A stretch of DNA of 64,000 bases from Balanoglossus misakiensis (lineage: Eukaryota > Animalia > Hemichordata): NCBI GenBank assembly GCA_040954595.2, contig CM082590.2, positions 5,208,001-5,272,000 on the forward strand, given 5' to 3'. Below the pieces are notes generated by a model, which saw nothing but the letters and a program-made list of their open reading frames with translations, did not search any database and had not been told where the DNA came from. Below are positions 51,501 to 64,000 of this stretch, piece by piece. Each line of letters begins with the position of its first letter. The first letter of the stretch is position 1. The translations under genes and the position numbers were made by a program.

Positions 51501-54500
51501 TCACATGACCTGGCGGCCATCTTGGATTTTCTGAAAAAATGCAAATCTCAGATCTCAGAAACTACAAGTCAGATCGACTTCAAATTTGGCGTGCAGGTAG
51601 ACTACCTTCTGACAAACATTTTTGTAATTGGAAATTATGCTGTCAATGTTGCAGTTTTTTTGCTACAGTTGTTTTTCTGAAATCTGGTCAAAATTTCAAA
51701 AATCTTCTTCTCCAGAACCGGCGATAACCGAGTCACGCCGTTTGGGGTATGTGGTCAGCAAACTGAGGTCTATCAAGTTTGCGAAGATCATTGTGATTGG
51801 TCGAAGATTTTGGCGGCCATATTGGATTTTCGAAAAACCCTAGTAAAATTTCAAAAATCTTCTTCTCAAGAACCGGCGATAACTGAGTCACAAGATTTGG
51901 TGTGTGTGGTCATTAAACAGATGTCTATCAAGTTTGCGAAGATGAATGTGATTGGTCGAAGATTATGGCGGCCATATTGGATTTTGTGAAAAACGATTAA
52001 AAAGTAAAAATTCCCTTTCTAGCCTAAAAATTGATAGCACAGAAATTCTTTTTATGGATATGAATCATCATATGCCAAGAATAAGCTATAAATATTTTGG
52101 TAATTTTGGCAATGACCTTTGACCTACTTTTGACGCATCATTTTTCTGCATATCTAATTCCAGGCTAACCAATAGGGCTATAAGTTTGGTTTTTGATGTA
52201 TGTGGATTTGTATGCGATCAAAAAATTTCGCTACTTTTCATGACCCCTTTGACCTCTGCTGACCTCATTAAATATGCGCATACCTAATTACAGATGAACC
52301 AATAGACCTAGAGGTTTGGTTTTTGTTGGACATGAACCAGTATTGGGTCAAATTTTTTGCCCAAATGTTGGGTGACCTCGGATGACCTTTGACCTACTTT
52401 TGCATATCTCGACATCCACAGCAGATACAGCCTTGGCGTTTGGAGGTATGGGGCCATAATGAAAAGCCAAAGTTTTGGGTCACCTGTGACACCTGCTTAA
52501 CTCATTATTTATGTGCATACCTAATTCCGGGCTAACCAAAAGGGATAGAGATCTGGTTTTTGTTGGACATGGACCACTATGGGTCAAAATTTTCTGCCCA
52601 AATTGTGGGTGACCTCTGGGTGACCTTTGACCTACTTAACACTATATCAACACCAAACATAGATATAACCTTGATATTTCATGGGATAAAACACAGCATT
52701 ATGTTTCTACTCATTAATTATGTGCATATCTAATAATCTGATCAGATAATACAGCTTGGGCCCGGACAATGCTGCTTGCAGCTTTAATTTCTTTCTTTAT
52801 TCTTGTGTCAATTCTTTGACCCACGAGATCTCAGACATCGCTGCAGGTACACTTCTGAAACTTGCTACAGTGGTCAAGGTCAATGAGTAGTCGTGCATTG
52901 AACCCTTGAATTTTTAATTAGTCACATGACCTGGCGGCCATCTTGGATTTTCTGAAAAAATGCAAATCTCAGATCTCAGAAACTACAAGTCAGATCGACT
53001 TCAAATTTGGCATGCTGGTAGACTACCTTCTGGCAATCATTTTTGTTATTGGAAATTATACTGACAAAGTTGCAATTTTTTGCTACAATTTTTTTTCTGA
53101 AATCTGGCTTAAATTTCAAAAATCTTCTTCTCCAGAACCGGTGATAACCGAGTCATGCGGTTTGGGGTATGTGGTCACCTAACTGATGTCTATCAAGTTT
53201 GCGAAGATCATTGTGATTGGTCGAAGATTATGGCGGCCATATTGGATTTTCGAAAAACCATAGTAAAATTTCAAAAATCTTCTTCTCAAGAACCGGCGAT
53301 AACTGAGTCACAAGATTTGGTGTGTGTGGTCATTAAACAGATGTCTATCAAGTTTGCGAAGAGGAATGTGATTGGTCGAAGATTATGGCGGCCATATTGG
53401 ATTTTGTGAAAAATGATTAAAAAGTAAAAATTCCCTTTCTAGCCTAAAAATTGATAGCACAGAAATTCTTTTTACAGATATTAATCATCATATGCCAAGA
53501 ATAAGCTATAAATATTTTGGTAATTTTGGCAATGACCTTTGACCTACTTTTGACACATGATTTTTCTGCATATCTAATTCCAGGCTAACCAATAGGGCTA
53601 TAAGTTTGGTTTTTGATGTATGTGGATTTGTATGTGATCAAAAAATTTTGCTACTTTTCATGACCCCTTTGACCTCTGGTGACCTCATTAAATATGCGCA
53701 TACCTAATTAATGATCAACCAATAGACCTTAGAGGTTTTGTTTTTGTTATACATGGACCAGTATGGGGTCAAAATATTTTGCCCAAATGTTGGGTGACCT
53801 CGGGTGACCTCTGACCTACTTTTGCATATCTCGACATCCACACCAGATACAGCCTTGGCGTTTGGAGGTATGGGGCCATAATGAAAAGCCAAAGTTTTGG
53901 GTCACCTGTGACACCTGCTTTACTCATTATTTATGTGCATACCTAATTCCGGGCTAACCAAAAGGGCTAGATGTCTGGTTTTTGTTGGACATGGACCACT
54001 ATGGGTCAAAATTTTCTGCCCAAATTTTGGATGAACTCAGATGACCTTTGACCTACTTTTGCATATATCGGCATCCAAAGCAGGTACAGTCTTGGCATTT
54101 GGAGGTATGGGGCCATAATGAAAAGCCAAAGTTTTGGGTCACCTGTGACACCTGCTTTACGCATTATTTATGTGCATACCTAATTCCGGGCTAACCAAAA
54201 GGGCTAGAGGTCTGGTTTTTGTTGGACATGGACCACTATGGGTCAAAATTTTCTGCCCAAATTTTGGGTGACCTCAGATGACCTTTGACCTACTTAACAC
54301 TATATCAACACCAAACATAGATATAACCTTGATATTTCATGGGATAAAACACAGCATTATGTTTCTACTCATTAATTATGTGCATATCTAATAATCAGAT
54401 CAGATAATAGAGCTTGGGCCCGGACAATGCTGCTTGCAGCTTTAATCTTTCTTTCTTTCTTTCTTTCTTTATTCTCCTGTCAATTCTTTGGCCAACGAGA

Positions 54501-57500
54501 TCTCTGAAACTACTGCAGGTACACTGCTCAAACTTGCTACAGTGGTCAAGGTCAATGAGTAGATGTGCAGTGACTTGTGAATACTTAATTAGTCACGTGA
54601 CCTGGTGGCCATATTGGATTTTCTGAAAAAATGCAAATCTCAGATCTCAGAAACTACAAGTTAGATCAACTTCAAATTTGGCATGCAGGTAGAATACCTT
54701 CTGCCCATCATTTTTGTAATCGGAAATTATGCTGTAAAAGTTGCAGTTTTTTTGCTACAATTTTTTTCCTGAAATCTGGCTTAAATTTCAAAAATCTTCT
54801 TCTCCAGAACCAGTGATAACCGAGTCACGGGGTTTGGGGTATGTGGTCACCTAACTGATGTCTATCAAGTTTGCGAAGATCATTGTGATTGGTCGAAGAT
54901 TATGGCGGCCATATTGGATTTTCGAAAAACCATAGTTAAACTCCAAAAATCTTCTTCTCCAGAACGGGCGATGACTGAGTCGCAAGATTCGGGGAGTATT
55001 GTCACTACACTGATGTCTATCAAGTTTGCAAAGAGCATTGTGATTGGTCGAAGATTATGGCGGCCATATTGGATTTTGTAAAAAGCAGTGAAAAATTGAA
55101 ATTCCTTTTTCTAGTCCAAAAATTGATAGCATTCAAATTCTTTTGATGGATATCAATCGTCATGTGACTAAAATATCTTACAATTTTTTGGCGATTTTTC
55201 ACATGACCTTTGACCTACTTATCACGCGTTATTATTTCTGCATATCTAATTCCAGGCTAACCTATAGGGCTAGACGTTTGGTTTTTGATGAATGTTGATT
55301 AGTGTGTGATCAAAATATTTTGCTACTTTTCATGACCCCTTTGACCTCTGCTGACCTCATTAATTATGTGCATAGCTAATTACAGACGAACCAATAGAGC
55401 TAGGGGTTTGGTTTTTGTTGGACATGGACCAGTATAGGATCAAAATTTTTTGCCCAAATGTTGGGTGACCTCTGGTGACCTTTGACCTACTTTCGCATAT
55501 CTCAGCATCCAGAGCAGATACAACCATGGCATTTGGTCGGATGGGACCAAAATGTAAAGCCACATTTTTGGGTCACCTGTGACACCTGCTGACCTCATTA
55601 TATATGTACATACCTAATTACAGGCGAACCAATAGAGCTAGAGTTTTGGTTTTTGTTGGACATGGACCAGTATGGGTCAAAAAAATTGCCCAAATGTTGG
55701 GTGACTTCAGGTGACCTTTGACCTACTTCACCCTATTTCAGCAGCAAAAATACACACATCCTTGTTATGTCATGAGATAATACATCCGATAGAAAATTCT
55801 GTTTCTTCTCATTCATACTGTGCATATATAATTCAAGATCAGCGCTTGGGCCCGACAATGCTGCTCGCAGCTTTAATTCTTTCTTTCTTTCTTTTTTCTT
55901 GTGTCAATTCTTCGGCCAACTAAATCTCAGAAACTACTGCAGGTACACTGCTCAAACTTGCTACAGTGGTCAAGGTCAATGAGTAGATGTGCAGTGACTT
56001 GTGAATACGTAATTAGTCACGTGACCTGGCGGCCATTTTGGATTTTCTGAAAAAATGCAAATCTCAGATCTCAGAAACTACAAGTCAGATCGACTTCAGA
56101 TTTGGTGTGCAGGTAGTGTACCTTCTGCCCATCATTTTTGTAATTGGATATTTTGCTGTCAATGTTGCAGTTTTTTTGCTACAGTTGTTTTTCTGAAATC
56201 TGGTCAAAATTTCAAAAATCTTCTTCTCCAGAACCGGTGATAACCCAGACACGAGGTTTGGGGTATGTGGTCACCTAACTGATGTCTATCAAGTTTGCGA
56301 AGATCATTGTGATTGGTCGAAGATTATGGCGGCCATATTGGATTTACGAAAAACCATAGTTAAACTCCAAAAATCTTCTTCTCCAGAACGGGCGATGACT
56401 GAGTTGCAAGATTCGGGGAGTATGGTCACTACACTGATGTCTATCAAGTTTGCAAAGAGCATTGTGATTGGTCGAAGATTATGGCGGCCATATTGGATTT
56501 TGTAAAAAGCAGTGAAAATTTGAAATTCCTTTTTCTAGTCTAAAATTTGATAGCATACAAATTGTTTTTATGGATATCAATCGTCATGTGACTAAAATAT
56601 GTTACAATTTTTTTGTGATTTTTCACATGACCTTTGACCTACTTATCACGCGTTATTATTTCTGCATATCTAATTCCAGGCTAACCTATAGGGCTAGACG
56701 TTTGGTTTTTGATGAATGTGAATTAGTGTGTGATCAAAATATTTTGCTACTTTTCATGACCCCTTTGACCCCAGCTGACCTCATTAATTATGTACATAGC
56801 TAATTACAGGCGAACCAATAGAGCTAGAGGTTTTGTTTTTGTTGGACATGGACCAGTATGGGATCAAATTTTTTTGCCCAAATGTTGGGTGACCTCTGGT
56901 GACCTTTGACCTACTTTCTCATATCTCAGCATCCAGAGCAGATACAGCCATTGCATTTGGTAGGATGGGACCAAAATGTAAAGCCAAATTTTTGGGTCAC
57001 CTGTGACACCTGCTGACCTCATTAAATATGCACATACCTAATTACAGGTGAACCAATAGAGCTAGAGTTTTGGTTTTTGTTGGACATGGACCAGTATGGA
57101 TAAAAAAAAATTGCCCAAATGTTGGGTGACCTCAGGTGACCTTTGACCTACTTCACCCTATTTCAGCAGCAAAAATACCCACATCCTTGTTATGTCATGA
57201 GATAATACATCCGATAGAAAATTCTGTTTCTTCTAATTCATACTGTGCATATATAATTCAAGATCAGCGCTTGGGCCCGACAATGCTGCTCGCAGCTTTA
57301 ATTAGGGCCCAAGCGCACGCAAGCGCTTGGGCCCTATTGGTTTCGTTGGGGTTTTTTACGGGCCCAAGCCAAGCCAGGCTTGGGCCCGTATTGGTTTCGC
57401 TGGGGTTTTTCTGTCTTTACGGGCCCAAGCCAAGCCAGGCTTGGGCCCGTATTGGTTTCGCTGGGGTTTTTAGGGCCCAAGCGCACGCAAGCGCTTGGGC

Positions 57501-60460
57501 CCTATTGGTTTCGTTGGAATTTTTACGGGCCCAAGCCAAGCCAGGCTTGGGCCCGTATTGGTTTCGCTGGGGTTTTTCTGTCTTTCTTTCTTTCTTTCTT
57601 TCTTTCTTTATTCTTGGTTCCATTCTTTATCGCTCTAGATCTCAGACACCGCTGCAGGTACAGTTCTCAAACTTGCTACAGTGGTCAAGGTCAATGAGTA
57701 GATGTGCAGTGACTTGTGAATACTTAATTAGTCACGTGACATGGCGGCCATATTGGATTTTCTGAAAAAATGCAAATCTCAGATCTCAGAAACTGCAAGT
57801 CAGATTTACTTCAGATTTGGTGTGCTGGTAGAGTACCTTCTGCCCATCATTTTTGTAATTGGATATTTTGCTGTCAATGTTGCAGTTTTTTTGCTACAGT
57901 TGTTTTTCTGAAATCTGGTCATAATTTCAAAAATCTTCTTCTCCAGAACCGGCGATAACCGAGTCACGCGGTTTGGGGTATGTGGTCACCAAGCTGAGGT
58001 CTATCAAGTTTGCGAAGATCATTGTGATTGGTCGAAGATTATGGCGGCCATATTGGATTTTCGAAAAACCCTGGTAAAATTTCAAAAATCTTCTTCTCAA
58101 GAACCGGCGATAACTGAGTCACAAGATTTGGTGTGTGTGGTCATTAAACATATGTCTATCAAGTTTGCGAAGGGGAATGTGATTGGTCAAAGATTATGGC
58201 GGCCATATTGGATTTTGTGAAAAACGATTAAAAAGTAAAAATTCCTTTTCTAGCCTAAAAATTGATAGCACAGAAATTATTTTTATGGATATGAATCATC
58301 ATATGCCAAGAATAAGCTATAAATATTTTGGTAATTTTGGCAATGACCTTTGACCTACTTTTGACGCATGATTTTTCTGCATATCTAATTCTAGGCTAAC
58401 CAATAGGGCTATAAGTTTGGTTTTTGATGTATGTGGATTTGTATGTGATCCAAAAATTTTGCTACTTTTCATGACCCCTTTGACCTCTGGTGACCTCATT
58501 AAATATGCACATACCTAATTACAGATGAACCAATAGACCTAGAGGTTTTGTTTTTGTTATACATGGACCAGTATGGGGTCAAAATATTTTGCCCAAATGT
58601 TGGGTGATCTCGGGTGACCTTTGACCTACTTTTGCGTATCTCGACATCCACAGCAGATACAGCCTTGGCGTTTGGAGGTATGGGGCCATAATGAAAAGCC
58701 AACGTTTTAGGTCACCTGCGACACCTGCTTAACTCATTAATTATGTGCATACCTAATTCTAGGCTAACCAAAAGGGCTAGAGGTCTGGTTTTTGTTGGAC
58801 ACGGACCACTATGGGTCAAAATTTTCTGCCCAAATTTTGGATGACCTCAGATGACCTTTGACCTACTTAACACTTAAACAGCACCAAACATAGATTTAAC
58901 CTTGATATTTCATGGGATAAAACAGCATTATTTTTCTACTCATTAATTATGTGCATATCTAATATCAGATCAGATAATAGAGCTTGGGCCCGGACAATGC
59001 TGCTTGCAGCTTTAATTCTTTCTTGCTGTCTTTCTTTCTTTCTTTCTTTATTCTTGTGTCAATTCTTCGGCCAACTAAATCTCTGAAACTACTGCAGGTA
59101 CACTGCTCAAACTTGCTACAGTGGTCAAGGTCTATGAGTAGATGTGCAGTGACTTGTGAATACTTAATTAGTCACGTGACCTGGCGGCCATATTGGATTT
59201 TCTGAAAAAATTCAAATCTCAGATCTCAGAAACTACAAGTCAGATCGACTTCAAATTTGGCATGCAGGTAGACTACCTTCTACCCATCATTTTTGTAATT
59301 GGAAATTTTGCTACAGTGTTGCAGTTTTTTTGCTACAATTTTTTTTCTGAAATCTGGCTTAAATTTCAAAAATCTTCTTCTCCAGAACCGGTGATAACCG
59401 AGACACGGGGTTTGGGGTATGTGGTCACCTAACTGATGTCTATCAAGTTTGCGAAGATCATTGTGATTGGTCGAAGATTATGGCGGCCATATTGGATTTT
59501 CGAAAAACCATAGTTAAACTCCAAAAATCTTCTTCTCCAGAACGGGCGATGACTGAGTCGCAAGATTCAGGGAGTATGGTCACTACACTGATGTCTATCA
59601 AGTTTGCAAAGAACATTGTGATTGGTCGAAGATTATGGTGGCCATATTGGATTTTGTAAAAAGCAGTGAAAAATTGAAATTCCTTTTTCTAGTCTAAAAA
59701 TTGATAGCATACAAATTCTTTTTATGGATATCAATCGTCATGTGACTAAAATATGTTACAATTTTTTGGCGATTTTTCACATGACCTTTGACCTACTTAT
59801 CACGCGTTATTATTTCTGCATATCTAATTCCAGGTTAAACTATAGGGCTAGACGTTTGGTTTTTGATGAATGTGGATTAGTGTGTGATCAAAATATTTTG
59901 CTACTTTTCATGACCCCTTTGACCTCTGCTGACCTCATTAATTATGTGCATAGCTAATTACAGGCGAACCAATAGAGCTGGAGGTTTGGTTTTTGTTGGA
60001 CATGGACCAGTATGGGATCAACATTTTTTGCCCAAATGTTGGGTGACCTCTGGTGACATTTGACCTACTTTCGCATATCTAAGCACCCAGAGCAGATACA
60101 GCCATGACATTTGGCAGGATGGGACCAAAATGTAAAGCCACATTTTTGGGTCACCTATGACACTTGCTGACCTCATTAAATATGCACATACCTAATTACA
60201 GGCGAACCAATAGAGCTAGAGTTTTGGTTTTTGTTTGACATGGACCAGTATGGGTCAAAAAAATTTGCCTAAATGTTGGGTGACCTCAGGTGACCTTTGA
60301 CCTACTTCACCCTATTTCAGCAGCAAAAATACACACATCCTTGTTATGTCATGAGATAATACATCCGATAGAAAATTCTGTTTCTTCTCATTCTTACTGT
60401 GCATATATAATTCAAGATCAGCGCTTGGGCCCGACAATGCTGCTTGCAGCTTTAATTCTG

Positions 60461-60492
<32 letters not shown>

Positions 60493-63400
60493 TATTCTTG
60501 GTTCCATTCTTTATCGCTCTAGATCTCAAACACCGCTGCAGGTACAGTTCTCAAACTTGCTACAGTGGTCAAGGTCAATGAGTAGATGTGCAGTGACTTG
60601 TGAATACTTAATTAGTCACGTGACATGGCGGCCATCTTGGATTTTCTGAAAAAATGCAAATCTCAGATCTCAGAAACTACAAGTCAGATCGACTTCAAAT
60701 TTGGCATGCTGGTAGACTACCTTCTGCCCATCATTTTTGTAATTGGAAATTATGCTGACAAAGTTGCCGTTTTTTTGCTACAATTTTTTTTCTGAAATCT
60801 GGCCTAAATTTCAAAAATCTTCTTCTCCAGAACCGGTGATAACCGAGACACGGGGTTTGGGGTATGTGGTCACCTAACTGATGTCTATCAAGTTTGCGAA
60901 GATCATAGTGATTGGTCCAAGATTATGGCGGCCATATTGGATTTTCGAAAAACCCTAGTAAAATTTGAAAAATCTTCTACTCAAGAACCGGCGATAACCG
61001 AGTCACAAGATTTGGTGTGTGTGGTCATTAAACAGATGTCTATCAAGTTTGCGAAGATGAATGTGATTGGTCGAAGATTATGGCGGCCATATTGGATTTT
61101 GTGAAAAATGATTAAAAAGTAAAAATTCCCTTTCTAGCCTAATAATTGATAGCACAGATATTCTTTTTATGGATATGAATCATCATATGACAAGAATAAG
61201 CTATAAATATTTTGGTAATTTTGGCAATGACCTTTGACCTACTTTTGACGCATCATTTTTCTGCATATCTAATTCCAGGCTAACCAATAGGGCTATAAGT
61301 TTGGTTTTTGATGTATGTGGATTTGTATGTGATCAAAAAATTTTGCTACTTTTCATGACCCCTTTGACCTCTGCTGACCTCATTAAATATGCATATACCT
61401 AATTAATGATGAACCAATAGACCTAGAGGTTTTGTTTTTGTTATACATGGACCAGTATGGGGTCAAAATATTTTGCCCAAATGTTGGGTGACCTCGGGTG
61501 ACCTTTGACCTACTTAACACTATATTAGCATCAGATCAGATAATAGAGCTTGGGCCCGGACAATGCTGCTTGCAGCTTTAATTCTTTCTTTCTTTCTTTA
61601 TTCTTGGTTCCATTCTTTATCGCTCTAGATCTCAAACACTGCTGCAGGTACAGTTCTCAAACTTGCTACAGTGGTCAAGGTCAATGAGTAGATGTGCAGT
61701 GACTTGTGAATACTTAATTAGTCATGTGACATGGCGGCCATCTTGGATTTTCTGAAAAAATGCAAATCTCAGATCTCAGAAACTACAAGTCAGATCGACT
61801 TCAAATTTGGCATGCTCGTAGACTACCTTTTGCCCATCATTTTTGTAATTGGAAATTATGCTGACAAAGTTGCAGTTTTTTTGCTACAATTTTTTTTCTG
61901 AAATCTGGCCTAAATTTCAAAAATCTTCTTCTCCAGAACCGGTGATAACCGAGACACAGGGTTTGGGGTATGTGGTCACCTAACTGATGTCTATCAAGTT
62001 TGCGAAGATCATTGTGATTGGTCGAAGATTATGGCGGCCATATTGGATTTTCGAAAAACCCTAGTAAAATTTGAAAAATCTTCTACTCAAGAACCGGCCA
62101 TAACCGAGTCACAAGATTTGGTGTGTGTGGTCATTAAACAGATGTCTATCAAGTTTGCGAAGATGAATGTGATTGGTCGAAGATTATGGCGGCCATATTG
62201 GATTTTGTGAAAAACGATTAAAAAGTAAAAATTCCCTTTCTAGCCTAATAATTGATAGCACAGAAATTCTTTTTATGGATATGAATCATCATATGACAAG
62301 AATAAGCTATAAATATTTTGGTAATTTTGGCAATGACCTTTGACCTACTTTTGACGCATCATTTTTCTGCATATCTAATTCCAGGCTAACCAATAGGGCT
62401 ATAAGTTTGGTTTTTGATGTATGTGGATTTGTATGTGATCAAATAATTTCGCTACTTTTCATGACCACTTTGACCTCTGCTGACCTCATTAAATATGCGC
62501 ATACCTAATTACAGATTAACCAATAGACCTAAAGGTTTGAGTTTTTTTGGACATGGATCAGTATGGGGTCAAAATATTTTGCCCAAATGTTGGGTGACCT
62601 CCGGTGACCTTTGACCTACTTTTGAATATCTCGGCATCCAAAGCAGGTACAGCCTTGGCATTCGGAGATATGGGGCCATTATGAAAAGCCAAAGTTTTGG
62701 GTCACCTGTGACCTCTGCTGACCTCATTAATTATGTGCATAACTAATTACAGGCGAACCAATAGAGCTAGAGGTCTGGTTTTTATTGGACATGGACCACT
62801 ATGGGTAAAAATTTTCTGCCCAAATTTTGGGTGACCTCAGATGACCTTTGACCTACTTTTGCATATCTCGGCATCCAAAGCAGGTACAGCCTTGGCATTT
62901 GGAGATATGGGGCCATAATGAAAAGCCAAAGTTTTGGGTCACCTGTGACACCTGCTTAACTCATTATTTATGTGCATACCTAATTACGGGCTAACCAAAA
63001 GGGCTAGAGGTCTGGTTTTTGTTGGACATGGACCACTATGGGTCAAAATATTCTCCCCAAATTGTGGGTGACCCCTGGGTGACCTTTGCCCTACTTAACA
63101 CTATATCAGCACCAAACATAGATATAACCTTGATATTTCTTGGGATAAAACACAGCATTATGTTTCTACACATTAATTATGTGCATATCTAATAATCAGA
63201 TCAGATAATAGAGCTTGGGCACGGACAATGCTGCTTGCAGCTTTAATCTTTCTTTCTTTTTTCTTGTGTCAATTTCTTCGGCCAACGAGATCTCTGAAAC
63301 TACTGCAGGTACACTTCTCAAACTTGCTACAGTGGTCAAGGTCAATGAGTAGATGTGCAGTGACTTGTGAATAATTAATTAGTCACGTGACCTGGCGGCC

Positions 63401-64000
63401 ATATTGGATTTTCTGAAAAAATTCAAATCTCAGATCTCAGAAACTACAAGTCAGATCGACTTCAAATTTGGCATGCAGGTAGACTACCTTCTACCCATCA
63501 TTTTTGTAATTGGAAATTTTGCTGTCAATGTTGCAGTTTTTTTGCTACAATTTTTTTTCTGAAATCTGGCTTAAATTTCAAAAATCTTCTTCTCCAGAAC
63601 CAGTGATAACCGAGACACTGGGTTTGGGGTATGTGGTCACCTAACTGATGTCTATCAAGTTTGCGAAGATCATTGTGATTGGTCGAAGATTATGGCGGCC
63701 ATATTGGATTTTAGAAAAACCATAGTTAAACTCCAAAAATCTTCTTCTCCAGAACGGGCGATGACTGAGTCGCAAGATTCGGGGAGTATGGTCACTACAC
63801 TGATGTCTATCAAGTTTGCAAAGAGCATTGTGATTGGTCGAAGATTATGGCGGCCATATTGGATTTTGTAAAAAGCAGTGAAAAATTGAAATTCCTTTTT
63901 CTAGTCTAAAAATTGATAGCATACAAATTCTTTTTATGGATATCAATCGTCATGTGACTAAAATATGTTACAATTTTTTGGCGATTTTTCACATGACCTT
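48555..64000 (+). repeat. Family A subfamily bodies (eleven, last truncated) with head clusters at 51080-51360 and 57304-57575
   Basis: Tails end at ~49668, 51079, 52789, 54446, 55878, 57303, 59017, 60457, 61583 and 63247. Confidence 0.9.

Larger units (their letters stand above)
31329..64000 (+). mobile_element. Nested array of non-autonomous Helitron2/Helentron (HINE)-like elements: 22 heads and 21 bodies, continuing past the window end
   Basis: Heads start gggcccaagc...gcttgggccc (hairpin). Tails end gcttgggccc-N~6-gctgcttgcagc-t(t/a)taatt-like, i.e. an asymmetric inverted repeat plus a short terminal hairpin. Junctions are at TT with no TSD and there is no coding capacity. This matches the described Helitron2/Helentron end structure. 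Confidence 0.85.

Noticed and set aside
31329-64000. Many recurrent 60-200 aa ORFs in the array
   Set aside because: No recognisable domains, frames break differently between copies, and they recur only because the DNA is repeated.
31329-64000. Simple satellite or rolling-circle head-to-tail concatemer
   Set aside because: Heads are separated from their bodies and pair with them in reverse order, which simple tandem amplification does not produce.

Overview
Eukaryotic, AT-rich, intron-containing DNA. The gene content suggests a marine invertebrate deuterostome such as a hemichordate or amphioxus (inference only). Bases 1-6.2 kb hold a repeat complex with a disrupted Crypton-like tyrosine recombinase and a 5'-truncated LINE. 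Two paralogous phase 1-1 exons at 6.4-8.1 kb (- strand) encode an uncharacterised Ig/CARDB-like extracellular domain. A spliced, apparently intact Roco gene lies at 15.0-26.1 kb (- strand): ankyrin-ROC-COR-death domain, DAPK1-like but with no kinase exon seen. Several TTAA-flanked Kolobok-type MITEs are scattered through this half. From 31.3 kb to the window end the DNA is made entirely of non-autonomous Helitron2/Helentron-like elements. This is not an ordinary tandem array. Twenty-two ~50-bp 5' hairpin heads are piled in five clusters and are followed by 21 headless bodies. Heads and bodies pair up in last-in-first-out order like nested brackets, which indicates repeated self-targeted insertion into the T-tract just behind the 5' hairpin.
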